From the NCBI GenBank assembly GCA_964291635.2, contig OZ219900.1, positions 6,246 through 70,245 on the forward strand: DNA of 64,000 nt, read 5' to 3'. Numbering within the stretch: the first letter of the stretch is position 1; each line of letters begins with the position of its first letter. The notes below the pieces were generated by a model, which worked only from the letters and a program-made list of their open reading frames with translations, ran no database searches and was not told the DNA's origin. Source of the stretch: Paracoccaceae bacterium (GTDB taxonomy: Bacteria > Pseudomonadota > Alphaproteobacteria > Rhodobacterales > Rhodobacteraceae). A program made the position numbers and the translations under genes. Positions 1 through 10,800 of the stretch are shown one piece after another.

Positions 1-363
1 CTGGTCCGGACGCGGTCGAAAAACCAGGTGGACTGACCGCCCCGGAAATGACACAGGCGTCAGGAGGGAAGTCATTGATGGTGCAGCAAAAACCCTTGCG
101 CGTGTGTCTTCGGCGGTGCTCATCCGGGAGGGCCATGTTCAGGTCGCGACAGACCGCTTCCCAAGGCGAATGTTCGTCCACTCAAGAAGCGCCAACAGAT
201 CCGCTCGGCACCGTCATTTTGCCGAACCCGCCGGGGATTCGAATGCCCGGCCATTTGAAACCTGCGGAGCCGGCACGACGTCAATTCTGATTGCCTTATG
301 AGACTTGAGTGATTTAGGTAAGGCGGCTGCCGAATGGCAGTCGAAATCACCAAGAAAAGGAGA

Positions 364-600
364 TTGGGTTCAACGTCTTCGACCGAAGACCGTGTCAAGC
401 AGATCGTCATGGACCGATTCGATGGGATCATGCACCTGATTTCAGTGTCCGGTTCAGCGAAGTGAATACCCTCGATGGCAGCCGTTGCATTCCACGAGGT
501 GGTAACAGTGGGCTTGACGTGAGGCTGGCCACGGAAGACTGCCCCAGTTCAAAACACTGAAAGATCTCGTGGAGCATATCGACGCATGCGGATTGCCGAA
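364..600 (+). pseudogene. possible decayed carrier protein (PP-binding/ACP-like) ORF, broken over three frames
   Basis: Pieces in different frames join into an ACP-like sequence: STEDRVKQIVMDRFDG (frame of 364), APDFSVRFSEVNTLD (frame of 426), SMAAVAFHEVVTVGL (frame of 472), DVRLATED, then LPQFKTLKDLVEHIDA (frame of 539). This resembles the ...F.ElGlDSm.avel....e.fgv.l........f.Tl.dlv.hi pattern of carrier proteins. The start codon is unclear and at least 3-4 frame changes are needed. Confidence 0.25.
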
Positions 601-745
601 AGCCAGCGGTGATGCCGCACATCATAGGCGGCCCCCGGTAACCAAGCGAATGAACTCCTGTGGCCGCCCGCCGCAGGGCGGCCGGATTCACCGCATAACT
701 TGCGTGACGGCCCGATCTTTGGCGTCGCCGCACTGAAAACTCGCC

Positions 746-1687
746 TTGGGAAGAAAACAGGCCCTGATAGTGATGAAAAACGATTTGCCGTGGAACGTGC
801 CCAAGCCGATCTCGACATGCGACGTCCGGCTTGATGATTGTACTGTCACGACCGTGCGCAGGTACGGTAATCCATCCGGCACCCGACTGATCCTGACCCA
901 CGGAAACGGTTTCGCCATCGATGTCTACTATCCGTTCTGGTCGCTGTTCACGGGTGATTTCGACGTGATGGTCTACGACCTCAGGAATCATGGCTGGAAC
1001 AGCGTCAGCGACCGCCGGAATCACAATATCCCGACACTGATCGCCGATCATGACCTCATTCTCGACGCCATCTTTCGCGACTACGGAGAGAAAACGACAG
1101 TCGGAGTCTTTCATTCCCTGTCGACGTTGGTGACCCTCCTGTCATTCAACGACTACCGTTACTCGGCGCTGGTCCTGTTCGACCCGCCGCTATGCAAGCC
1201 TGCGGCGAGCGAGGCTGAATTCGACGCCGCAGCGGAACGCACGGCGGCGTTGGCTCGTCAGCGGACGGAGCGCTTCGCGAATGAAGGGCAGTTCGTCGAA
1301 CTGCTTGCCTTTGTTCCGGGATTTGCGCGCGTATTGCCGGGAGTGCGCGAACTCATGGCGAGATCGATGCTACGGAAAACGGAAGATGGAAATGGCTACG
1401 AACTCCGTTGCCCCCGTGACTATGAGGCTCAAATCGCCGAATACGTGCGGAGCTTCTCACCGCTTCTGGATTTGACCACCCTGGCCTGTCCGACCAAGGT
1501 TGTCGGAGCCGACCCTACGGTTCCCTACGCATATCTGCCTACCTTCGACCTCAGCCATGCAATGGCGGTCGATTACGACTTTGTGCCCGAGGCATCGCAT
1601 TTCCTACAGCTGGAAAAGCCGGAAGAATGTGCTGCAATTCTGTGGCAGTTCCTAGAGCGGCAGGGTCTGGCCCAAAACAGAATCTGA
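746..1687 (+). CDS. alpha/beta-fold hydrolase
   Basis: 313-aa ORF. It has an HGNGF oxyanion-type motif, a nucleophile-elbow-like VGVFHSLST and a C-terminal ...EASHFLQLEKPEE typical of the fold. The track start at 746 is TTG; the ATG at 773 (MKNDLPW) is an alternative. Convergent with the PKS gene. Confidence 0.8.
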   Translation: MGRKQALIVMKNDLPWNVPKPISTCDVRLDDCTVTTVRRYGNPSGTRLILTHGNGFAIDVYYPFWSLFTGDFDVMVYDLRNHGWNSVSDRRNHNIPTLIADHDLILDAIFRDYGEKTTVGVFHSLSTLVTLLSFNDYRYSALVLFDPPLCKPAASEAEFDAAAERTAALARQRTERFANEGQFVELLAFVPGFARVLPGVRELMARSMLRKTEDGNGYELRCPRDYEAQIAEYVRSFSPLLDLTTLACPTKVVGADPTVPYAYLPTFDLSHAMAVDYDFVPEASHFLQLEKPEECAAILWQFLERQGLAQNRI

Positions 1688-1837
1688 ATTGGTGGAACTT
1701 TCCGCAGGATAGTTGGGCCGTGGGCGGTCTCGATAGGTCGTTCAAGTCTTGCGATACGCTGTGAACCGACTCGTCGCTTCACAGAGCCCGGATTTTGTCG
1801 CGTCGTCAGGCAGAGGCGCGACTTGCGCGATCGGTCG

Positions 1838-4800
1838 TCACGTCTTGTCGAACCAGAAGCTCCGACGCTGGAAAGGATACCCCGGCACCGAGATACGTCG
1901 CCGTGCCTCACCTGTGAAGAGGCCCGTGAAGTCGAGCACGTGCCCTGCCTCATACACTTGAGCCACCGATCGAACATGGCCGCCTTCTCCACCGGGACCG
2001 ATCTCCACCAAAGTCATTTCGTCCAGACCCGCGAGCATCGCCGGCGTTCCGGACAATTCCGCACGACGGAATACGCTGGCGCTCCAGGTTGATCTGTCCG
2101 GAGTCGCCCCCGACTGGATCATTCGGCCGGTCGTGCCGTCCAGCAACGGCATCCGGGCAGGTGCGAACGAAAGGTCCTCAAGGAACGAGTCGACGTCTCC
2201 GGGGTCCAAATCACCGCAATCCGCCCCCGTCATCTCTCCCCGCCTCGCCGCGAGAAGCATACCGGCTTCAAGATCGAACACCCCCGCCGCCTGTGCCGCC
2301 GCGATTTCGCCGACCCCGCTGGCACACACCGCGCCGGGCGAGATTCCGAGGCTCGACCACAGCACCGTCACTGCACATTGGAGCGCATAGGCTGCGGCCT
2401 GTACCGGCAAGGGATCGTCCGCAACTTCCGCCTGCCCTGAAATCGCGTCGAGCAGCGATATGCCGCGTTTTTCGCGGAGCGCAGCGTCACAGCGATCAAT
2501 GACTGCCCTCGCCGCCGGCTCGCTTTCGTACAACTCCTGTCCGCGACTTGCCCAATCACCAGCCTCTCCTGCAAAGACGAAAGCCGGTTTTCCCCGCCCT
2601 TGCGGCTTCACGATGCCACCATTGTCGGTGATGCGGGCCAATCCTTCTCTCAGCGTCGGGGCATCCTCGAACACGACACCCGCCCGATGCTCCAGGTGAC
2701 TGCGCCCGATTGCCGCCGTCCACGCCATGTCTGCAAGGTGCGAAGTGCCCGCGTCGTCGTCGGACGAAACGTCTTCCAAGTGTTCGTCGAGCCACCCGAG
2801 ATACAGATCCGCCAATTCCTTGAGTGCGCTTGAAGATTTTCCCGACAGGGGCAGTAGTCGCACGCGGCGCGGCTTGTGCCCGTCATCCGCCAGCTTCATG
2901 TCCTTGAGGAACTCCGGCAGGCGAATCGGTACGCGCTTCGTCGGCCCGACCGGAGATCGATGCGCGCCGTTCCCTGTAGAGTCGTCGCCTATTGCCGAAT
3001 GCCCCTCGACGATCAGGTGTGCGTTTGTTCCCGAAATACCGAATGCGCTGATTCCGGCCGTCGGCTGTCGGCCTGTCGCGGGTGGCCAGGCCGTTTCCTC
3101 TGCCGTGACCCGCACGGGAAGCTCAGCCCACTCGACATGCGGGTTGGGATTGTTGAAATGAAGATGCTTCGGGATCACGCCGTGCCTCATGGAAAGAAGC
3201 ACCTTGATGAGGCCCGCGACACCTGCGGCAGACTCGAGATGACCGATGTTCGTCTTGACGGTGCCGAGCAGGAGCGGACGTTCGGCTTCACGTTCGCGTC
3301 CGTAAACCGTGGCGACCGCACGCACTTCGATCGGATCGCCCAACTCCGACCCTGTGCCATGCACCTCGATGTAATCGAGGTCCCGCGGAGCGATGCCGGC
3401 CTGAGCCAAAGCCTCCTCGTATAGCCGTTCCTGAGCGATTCCGTTCGGGACCGTAAGCGCCGCGGCTGCGCCATTCTGGTTGACTGCCGAACCTTGAACG
3501 ATACCCCAGATACGGTCGCCGTCCTGTTCCGCATCGCTGAGCCGCTTCATGACCACCACGCCACAGCCTTCGCCACGTACGAACCCGTCCGCGTCGGCGT
3601 CGAAGGTCCTGCAAAAACCGGTTCGCGACAACATTCTGTACTCGCGCATGAACCGCATGACCGCAGGGGAAAGAACGATATGCACGCCTCCGGCGAGCGC
3701 CAGATCGACTTCGCGCTGCCTGAGACTCGCAGACGCCTGATGTATGGCCACGAGAGATGCCGCGCAGGTCATGTCGAGCGGTACCGCGGGTCCCATGAGC
3801 CCGAACGAAAACGCAACCCGTCCGATGGCCACGCTGGCGGCAGTGCCGAGATAACTGTCATCCCGGCCCGCGGCCGCAATCAGGTCCCGGTACTCGCTGC
3901 TGCCCAGGCCGGCGAACACCCCCGTGCGGCTGCCCTTGAGAGGTCCGGGATCGATTCCGGCGTCCTCAAGCGCATGCCAGCTCGTCTCGAGCAACATCCT
4001 CTGGCGCGGGTCCATCATTCGCGCCTCGATCGGCTGGATGCCGAAGAATTTCGCGTCAAACCGGTCAAGGCCCTGAAGGAACCCGCCGCGGCGAATCGTG
4101 GCTTCCTCGGCGACCGGATCTCCGACGACGCCGCTCCAGGGGCCGTCATCGCGACGCCCGTCGGTCACGGCGTCAGCGCCTGCCTTGAGCTGACGCCAGT
4201 AACTGGACAGGTCCGGAGCGCCGGGGAAGCGGCACGCCATGCCGACGATCGCGATCCGTTCCTGATCACTCTGCGCTCCGCCTGGCCGTTCCGGCGCCAG
4301 TTCGGCTGGCGGAAATGACTGTGCTTGCGGCACCGGCCACGGGCCGGGCGCCGGTTGCTCCTGCGGGGTCGCTTCGGGGTCGACTTCGCCGAGCTCCCCG
4401 TCAAGATGGCGTGCGAGTGTCTGGATCTCGGGGTAATCGAACACCACAGTGTTCGAAACCTTGCACGTGCCTGCAAACGCGCGATTAAGTCGGTTGCGCA
4501 GTTCCACGGCCATCAGGGAATCCATCCCGAGATCGAAGAATCCGACGTTGGGTGCGGGCGCCGACGGCAGCCGAAGCACCGCCTGCAATTCCTGTTGCAG
4601 GAATGTCACCAGCAAGTCTTCACGCTCACGCGCGTCGGCGGTGGCCAGCCGAACGAGCAGATCTTCGGTGGAAACCCCGGCATCGATGCTGTCCTCGGCG
4701 ACCGGTGAGAGGAGATCCTCGAGAAAGGCGGGGCGGTCTTCGACAGCTTCTTCGAAAACCGACCAGTCCATGGCCATCACGACGGACGTCGTGACGTCCT

Positions 4801-7800
4801 GACGCACGAGTCGGTCAAGCGCCCTTATACCTTGCTGTGGTGTAAACCAGCGTCCGCCGAGGGCCGACCTTTGTCGCTCGATCCGGTCCTTCTGCTCCGC
4901 CGCTTCGCCGATTTCGGACCACGCCCCCCAGGCGATGGCCTGTCCGGGAAGTCCCAGCGACCGACGGTGGCCAGCGAGTTGATCCAGAAAGGCGTTCGCC
5001 GAAGCATGGTTGGCCTGACCCGGATTGCCCATGACACCGACGCGGCTGGAAAACAGGATGAAGAGATCGAGATCGCGGTCTGCCGTCACGCGGTGCAGGT
5101 GCCAAGCTCCGAGGATCTTCGGCCGGAGCACCGTTTCGAATTTTTCCCAGTTCTGGTTGGTGAGCGCACCGTCCGACAGCACGCCGACGCTATGGATGAC
5201 GCCCGCAAGCGGTGGCAGCTCTTTATCCATCCGGGCCAGCATTTCGTCGACCGCTGCCACGTTCGACACGTCCGCGAGTTCGACACGTATGGTCGCGCCC
5301 GCATCTTCGAGCGCGCGAATGGCCTCCTGCGCGGCCTCGTCCGGAGGCCGCCGGCCGTTCAGCACGATCGTGCCGGCCCCCAGGTCTGCAAGCCATTCGG
5401 CCACGGCCAGACCGATGCCACCCAATCCGCCGGTCACAAGATAGGTACGATCCTCCCGCAACCGGCCCGACACCAGCGGCTGCGTAGCGACGACGATCTT
5501 ACCGAGGTGCCGTGCCGAGCGCATGAACCTCAAGGCTGCCCCCGCTTCGGCCAGCGGCCAGCGGCTGTGGACGAGCGGCTTGAGTTCACCCGCCGCGAGC
5601 CGCGCCACGACGTCCCTGAGGACACGCCCCACCCATGCGGGATCGGTCTTCTTCAGGACATCGAGTTCGAGAATGGCATAGGTGACATCCGGTCGTACCG
5701 CCGCCATTTCCTCTTCGCTGAGAATGTCGCGCCTCGCCAGTTCCACGAACCGGCCGTCCTGCGCCAGACAGGACAAACTCGCGTCGATGAAACCCTCACT
5801 CGTCAGGCTATTCAGAACCACGGTCACGCCCGCGCCGTTCGTGGCATCGAGAATCTCCTCGCCGAAACCCGTCTGGCGGCTGTCGAAGACGTGCTTGACG
5901 CCAAGCGACCGCAGATAAGCCTGCTTCGGCGCACTTGCCGTCGCAAAGACTTCCGCTCCGGCGGCCTGCGCCAACCGGATCGCCGCAAGGCCGACACCGC
6001 CGGCGCCTGCGTGAATCAACACGCGGTCACCAGCCTCGAGCCCGGAGAGTTCGTATGAGAGCGCAGCCGATACGTAAGCGCTCGGCACAGTGGCGAGGTC
6101 CGTTCCCGGAATGCCCGGTGGCGCGGGCGCCACCAGTTCCTCGTGCGTGACCATTTCCGCGGCGAACGCCCCAAACCCCAGGCCAACGACGCGATCGCCC
6201 ACTGAGACATTGGTCACTTCCGAACCCACGCCGACGACGTGGCCGCACATCTCCCGCCCCAGATTCCCTTCTTCGATGAAACCGAGCGAGCGGAATACGT
6301 CCCAGAAGTTCAATCCGGCGGCCTCGACCGCGACCCGCACTTCCCGTCCTTCGAGGGGCAGCCCAGGCAGTAGCTTGACGCAGGGCCTTTCGAACACGCC
6401 CGTCGGATCCGGAGTCAGCACCCAGGTCTTTTCCGTCGGCAGGTCCAGTCGTTCCGGACCGTCGCCCGTCCGAACCAGTCGGGCAGCCTGACGGCTCCCC
6501 TGGCGCCAGGCGATGTGGTTTTCCGAATCCGGGTACATCAGTTCATCGACAAGATCGGTCGCGTGCGCCGGGACCGTCGGATCCAGATCGATCATTCGTG
6601 GCATGAGATGCGCCGCTTCACGCGCCACGGCCTTGCCGAACCCCCACAACGCCGCTCCGGCAAGTGCCCCTTGGGTCTCGCGCTCCAATACCTGGGCGCC
6701 CCGGGTAATGAACCACACGCCCTTTTCCGGGATTCGGTCGGAATCGGCCACGCCCTGGACGAGCGCCAGGGCACTCGCTCCCGCATGCTGAATATCCTGT
6801 TCGATATCGCGCGCGGTTGCCTCTCTACCGTGGCCGTCGAGCGCCGCGAGGTGCACGATCCCGTAGAAGGGCGCAGCGCCGGGCAGGTCGTCAAGCAGCG
6901 CCTGCCACGATTCGCGCCGCCGGACATCGGTACTTGCGGCAATCACGCTGTCGGCACCAGATTCCTTCCTGTCTCCCGAGCTGTCACTCACGACCAGGAC
7001 GGTCTGGTTCCGCGCCGCCAGAGCGTTCGCAAGCCCTTCCGCCGTGCAGCCGCTGTCTGCAACGAGAACCCACGTTCCCGGTGCTTCGGACACCTCGTCC
7101 GGGCCCTTTGCCACGATCACTCCGCGATCCGGCATCTCGTCGGGTTGCGATGCATCGAGGCCCAGGATTTCTGCAGCGTCGAACCCTGCATCGTCGAGTG
7201 CACGGCACCAGACGTCGGGACTCGCCAGGGCATGATGCGGCCGGTAATCGTCCGCAAATCGCCACCAGCCGTCGAGCTGTCCGAACGTCAGGTCCATCCA
7301 GCCCTGACCGCGAAGGTTCTCGAGCGCTACCATCTGTCCCGACGGTGCGAGCAGGGTCAGGCAATGAGCGAGAGTCTCGTCGAGATAGCGCGTGGCATGG
7401 AGCACGTTCGACGCGATGATCAGGTCATAGGCATGAGCGTCGAAGCCTTGCGCTACCGGATCCTTCTCTATGTTGAGAGGGCGGTATTCGATGCAGCCTC
7501 CGCCATCCCCGAAGCGCGCCTCGGCCTCTGAAAAGAACCCCGCCGAAATGTCCGTGTACATGTAATCGAAATTGCCTTCGGGAAGCTCCGGCAGAACGGA
7601 AGCGGTTGCCGAGCCTGTGCCCGCCCCGACTTCGATCACCCTGAGACGCCGCCCGGCTGGCAGCCTTGCCACGAGCGCCCGGACAGCATCCCCGAGCAGC
7701 CGGTTGGCAGCAAGCGCGATCGGCGCATTCAGGTACAAATCGCCCGGGGTCGGGTAGCCGCTGCTGAACAGCAGCGTGAGCGGATCCATCCCGCCCCGAA

Positions 7801-10800
7801 GCACCTCGGGCAACGCGGCCCCACAGCGCCGGAACAACCCGATCTCCGTTGCACCGTGCGGATGAAGTTCGGCCAATTCGTCGGCGAACAGTTCCGGATC
7901 AGGCTGAATCTCGTCAGGCAGGGGATCGCCATGCCCGACCTTCACGAGGAAACGGCCGCCGTCCTCCTGCAGCACGCCCGACCGGGCCAGCATCTCCAGC
8001 AACCGGCGGAAGACACGCTTGTGCTCGTCGATGACGCCGAGTTGTTGCCGAAGGTCTTCGGACTCCACGACCTCACCCGAGCCACGCCTCCAACCGAGCT
8101 TCTCGAGCGTCCAGAGTGCGCGGGTACGCGACCATCGCTCAAGATCCGACAAAAGCGCGGATCGATGGGCACGCGCGACACCCCTTTCCTCGAGGTAATC
8201 CGCGAGCGGCATGAAGCTGCGCGCAACAGTCGCAGGTTCCGGCAGAAAATCAGCGGAGGTGATTGCCGGCACGAGGGGGCGCTCGCGCCAGACGACCTCG
8301 TACAATAAGTCGTTCACGCCTTCGATCGCCGAGAAGAGCGCGGCCCGTGTCGCGCGCTTGATCGTGTAACCGTCCAGTCCGCCGAGCAGGGCGCCGTCGG
8401 GATCGTAAATGCGCAATTCTCCGCTCAGGACCTCCGCAGGCCCGCCCTCTTCCGCATTCGGTTCCCCGAAAGCCTCGCTCATGCGTACGTGGCAAAACAC
8501 CCGATCGGGAAGGCGGTCGGACGTCAGCCAAAGACGTTCCCAGCCGAAAGGCAGGTACGTGGTTTCGTCTTCGGCCGAGTCCTGAATCCGTGCTGCAGCC
8601 ACGACCTGGAAACACCCGTCCAGCACAAGCGGATGAATTTCCGCATGGGTTCGGCCGGTCCCTTCCCGCAAGGACACTTCGCCGAGAGCCTCGCCCTGCC
8701 GCGCCCACAGGTTGCCAAGCGTGCGGAAGCTCGCGCCGAGATCGATACCGGTCGTCCCCCTGGCCTGGTACAGGGTCGATGCATCCAAGGAAGACAGTTC
8801 GGACTTCAGGCGCTCAAGATCCGCACGCTGCACGGCGCCTGGCATGTCTGCGCCGGTCGTTATCCTGCACTCGGCGTGCAACATCCAATCCACCTCGTCC
8901 GATCCCTTGCTGAGTATCTGCAAAGAGCCCGGTTCCGTTTCGCCGGGACCGCCGAGAACAAGCTGGATTTTTCGACCTGCCGCTTGGGTTTCGTCGCCAT
9001 GGACCTCCGCGGCGAACACCATTGGGTTATGCAACTGCATGTCTTCGACGACGACCGGCCCGCTGGTGCCGGACAGCGACACCGATGCCGCCATCGTGCC
9101 GTAAAGCGCACCCGGAGCGATGACCCGTTCGAACACGCGATGGTCGTCGAGCCACTCCGGATCCGTAGGGAACAATTCTGTTTCATACGTAACTTCGCCA
9201 CTCGCAGATTCCCTTCGCAGGCCCAGCAGGGGGTGTCCCTCGAGGGTTCGCCTTTGCTTCGGCGCGCGCAACCAATAGCGTTCGCGCTGGAACGGATATC
9301 CGGGCACGGATATGCGGCGACGGGTTTCTCCGGCAAAAAGGCCCTCGAAGCGGATCGGCAGTCCAGACTGATACGCAGCCGCGACTGCTTCGGAAAAACC
9401 GCCCGTACCTGCTGGTGAGGCGGCCGGCGCGGGCTGGATGCTCGACAGCACGACAGGGGCGGGCACCGAATTCGGCCAGGTAGAGGACGCCATGGGGGCC
9501 AACACGGAGCGCGGGCCGATCTCAAGGATCACGTCCACACCGAAATCAGCGAGCGACCTGGCGCCACTGGCGAAGGCGACGGGTTCCCGCGCATGCCGAC
9601 GCCAATAGCCTCCATCCAGCAGTTGGCCATCGCTCACCGCCTGGCCCGTCAGGTTGCTGACGAAGGTCAGTTCAGGCGGTTGGACCGAGACGCGATCGAG
9701 GGAGGCCTGGAGCGCCTCGAGGGCCGGTTCCACGAGCGCGCTGTGGAACGCCCGGGTCGTGTTCAGCCTGCGTACCCGGACACCTTGCAATTCGAGCCGC
9801 GCCGAGAGCGTTTCGACATCCGCGGCGGGACCGCTGACCACCTGGTGCAGCCCGTTGTCCGCCGCGATGTTGACACCAACACCTGCAGATTCCGCGTTTA
9901 CGGCCGTGATTGCAGTCACCACCTGTTCCGGAGGTGCGAACACGGCGGCCATGGCACCAGTTTCTGTTTCCGACAGCAGCGTGCCGCGCGTACAGGCGAA
10001 CCGCATGCCGTCTTCGAGGCTGAACACGCCCGCTGCCTGTGCCGCCGCGATTTCTCCGACACTGTGCCCGAGAACAACATCAGGTTGTATTCCGACACTC
10101 GCCCATTGTGCGGTCAGCGCGCATTCGAGCGTGTAGAGGGCCGGTTGTTCCCAGGCCGTGTTGCCCAGTTGCTCGCCGCTGCTGCACCCGAACATCACAT
10201 CCAGCAGGGATGTGCCGCGCATTTCGAGAAAGACATCTTCGCAGCGGTCGAAGACCGTCCTTGCCACGGGTTCGTGGTCGTACAGGTCGCGACCCATACC
10301 AGCCCACTGGCTTCCCTGGCCAGTATAGGCAAACGCGACGGTGGCCGCTGCGCGGGACGTCGCATCGAGGTCCGTCTTGGCCAGTGTTCCAAGCCGCTCC
10401 CGCAGCTGGCCGACACTGTCGAAGATGAGGCCTGCACGGCAATCGAAATGACACCGCCCAACACTCGCCGTCCACGCCATGTCCGCGAGCAGCGGCGCCG
10501 GCAGCCCGCCTTCGGCCGGAAACTCACCAGCCTGTTCGTCGAGCCATGACAGGTACCGCTTGGCGTATTCGCGCAACGCAGGAACCGATTTACCGGACAG
10601 CGGGAGCAGCCGAACTCTGCGCTCCTGGCACGTTTGTTCATGCCGCGCCGTATCGAGGGAAACCGTTGGCGGCGGCACGACCACTTCCTGACCCGATCCC
10701 ATGACCCAGGGCCCATCATAAGGAGCAGTATCCGATGCCGGGTATTCCTCGACCACGATGTGAACGTTGGTCCCGGAAATACCGAACGAGTTCACGCCTG

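Noticed and set aside
1-136. Possible 5' end of a minus-strand gene running off the left edge (MALPDEHRRRHTRKGFCCTINDFPPDACVISGAVSPPGF...).
   Set aside because: Only 45 codons are visible, third-position GC is about 62%, and I recognise no motif. That is too little evidence to call.
1688-1837. Short inverted repeats (CTGTGAA-N12-TTCACAG near 1758-1783; GTCGCG-N14-CGCGAC near 1796-1821) as bidirectional terminators between the convergent hydrolase and PKS genes.
   Set aside because: The stems are only 6-7 bp with large loops and no U-tract, so they are not convincing as intrinsic terminators.
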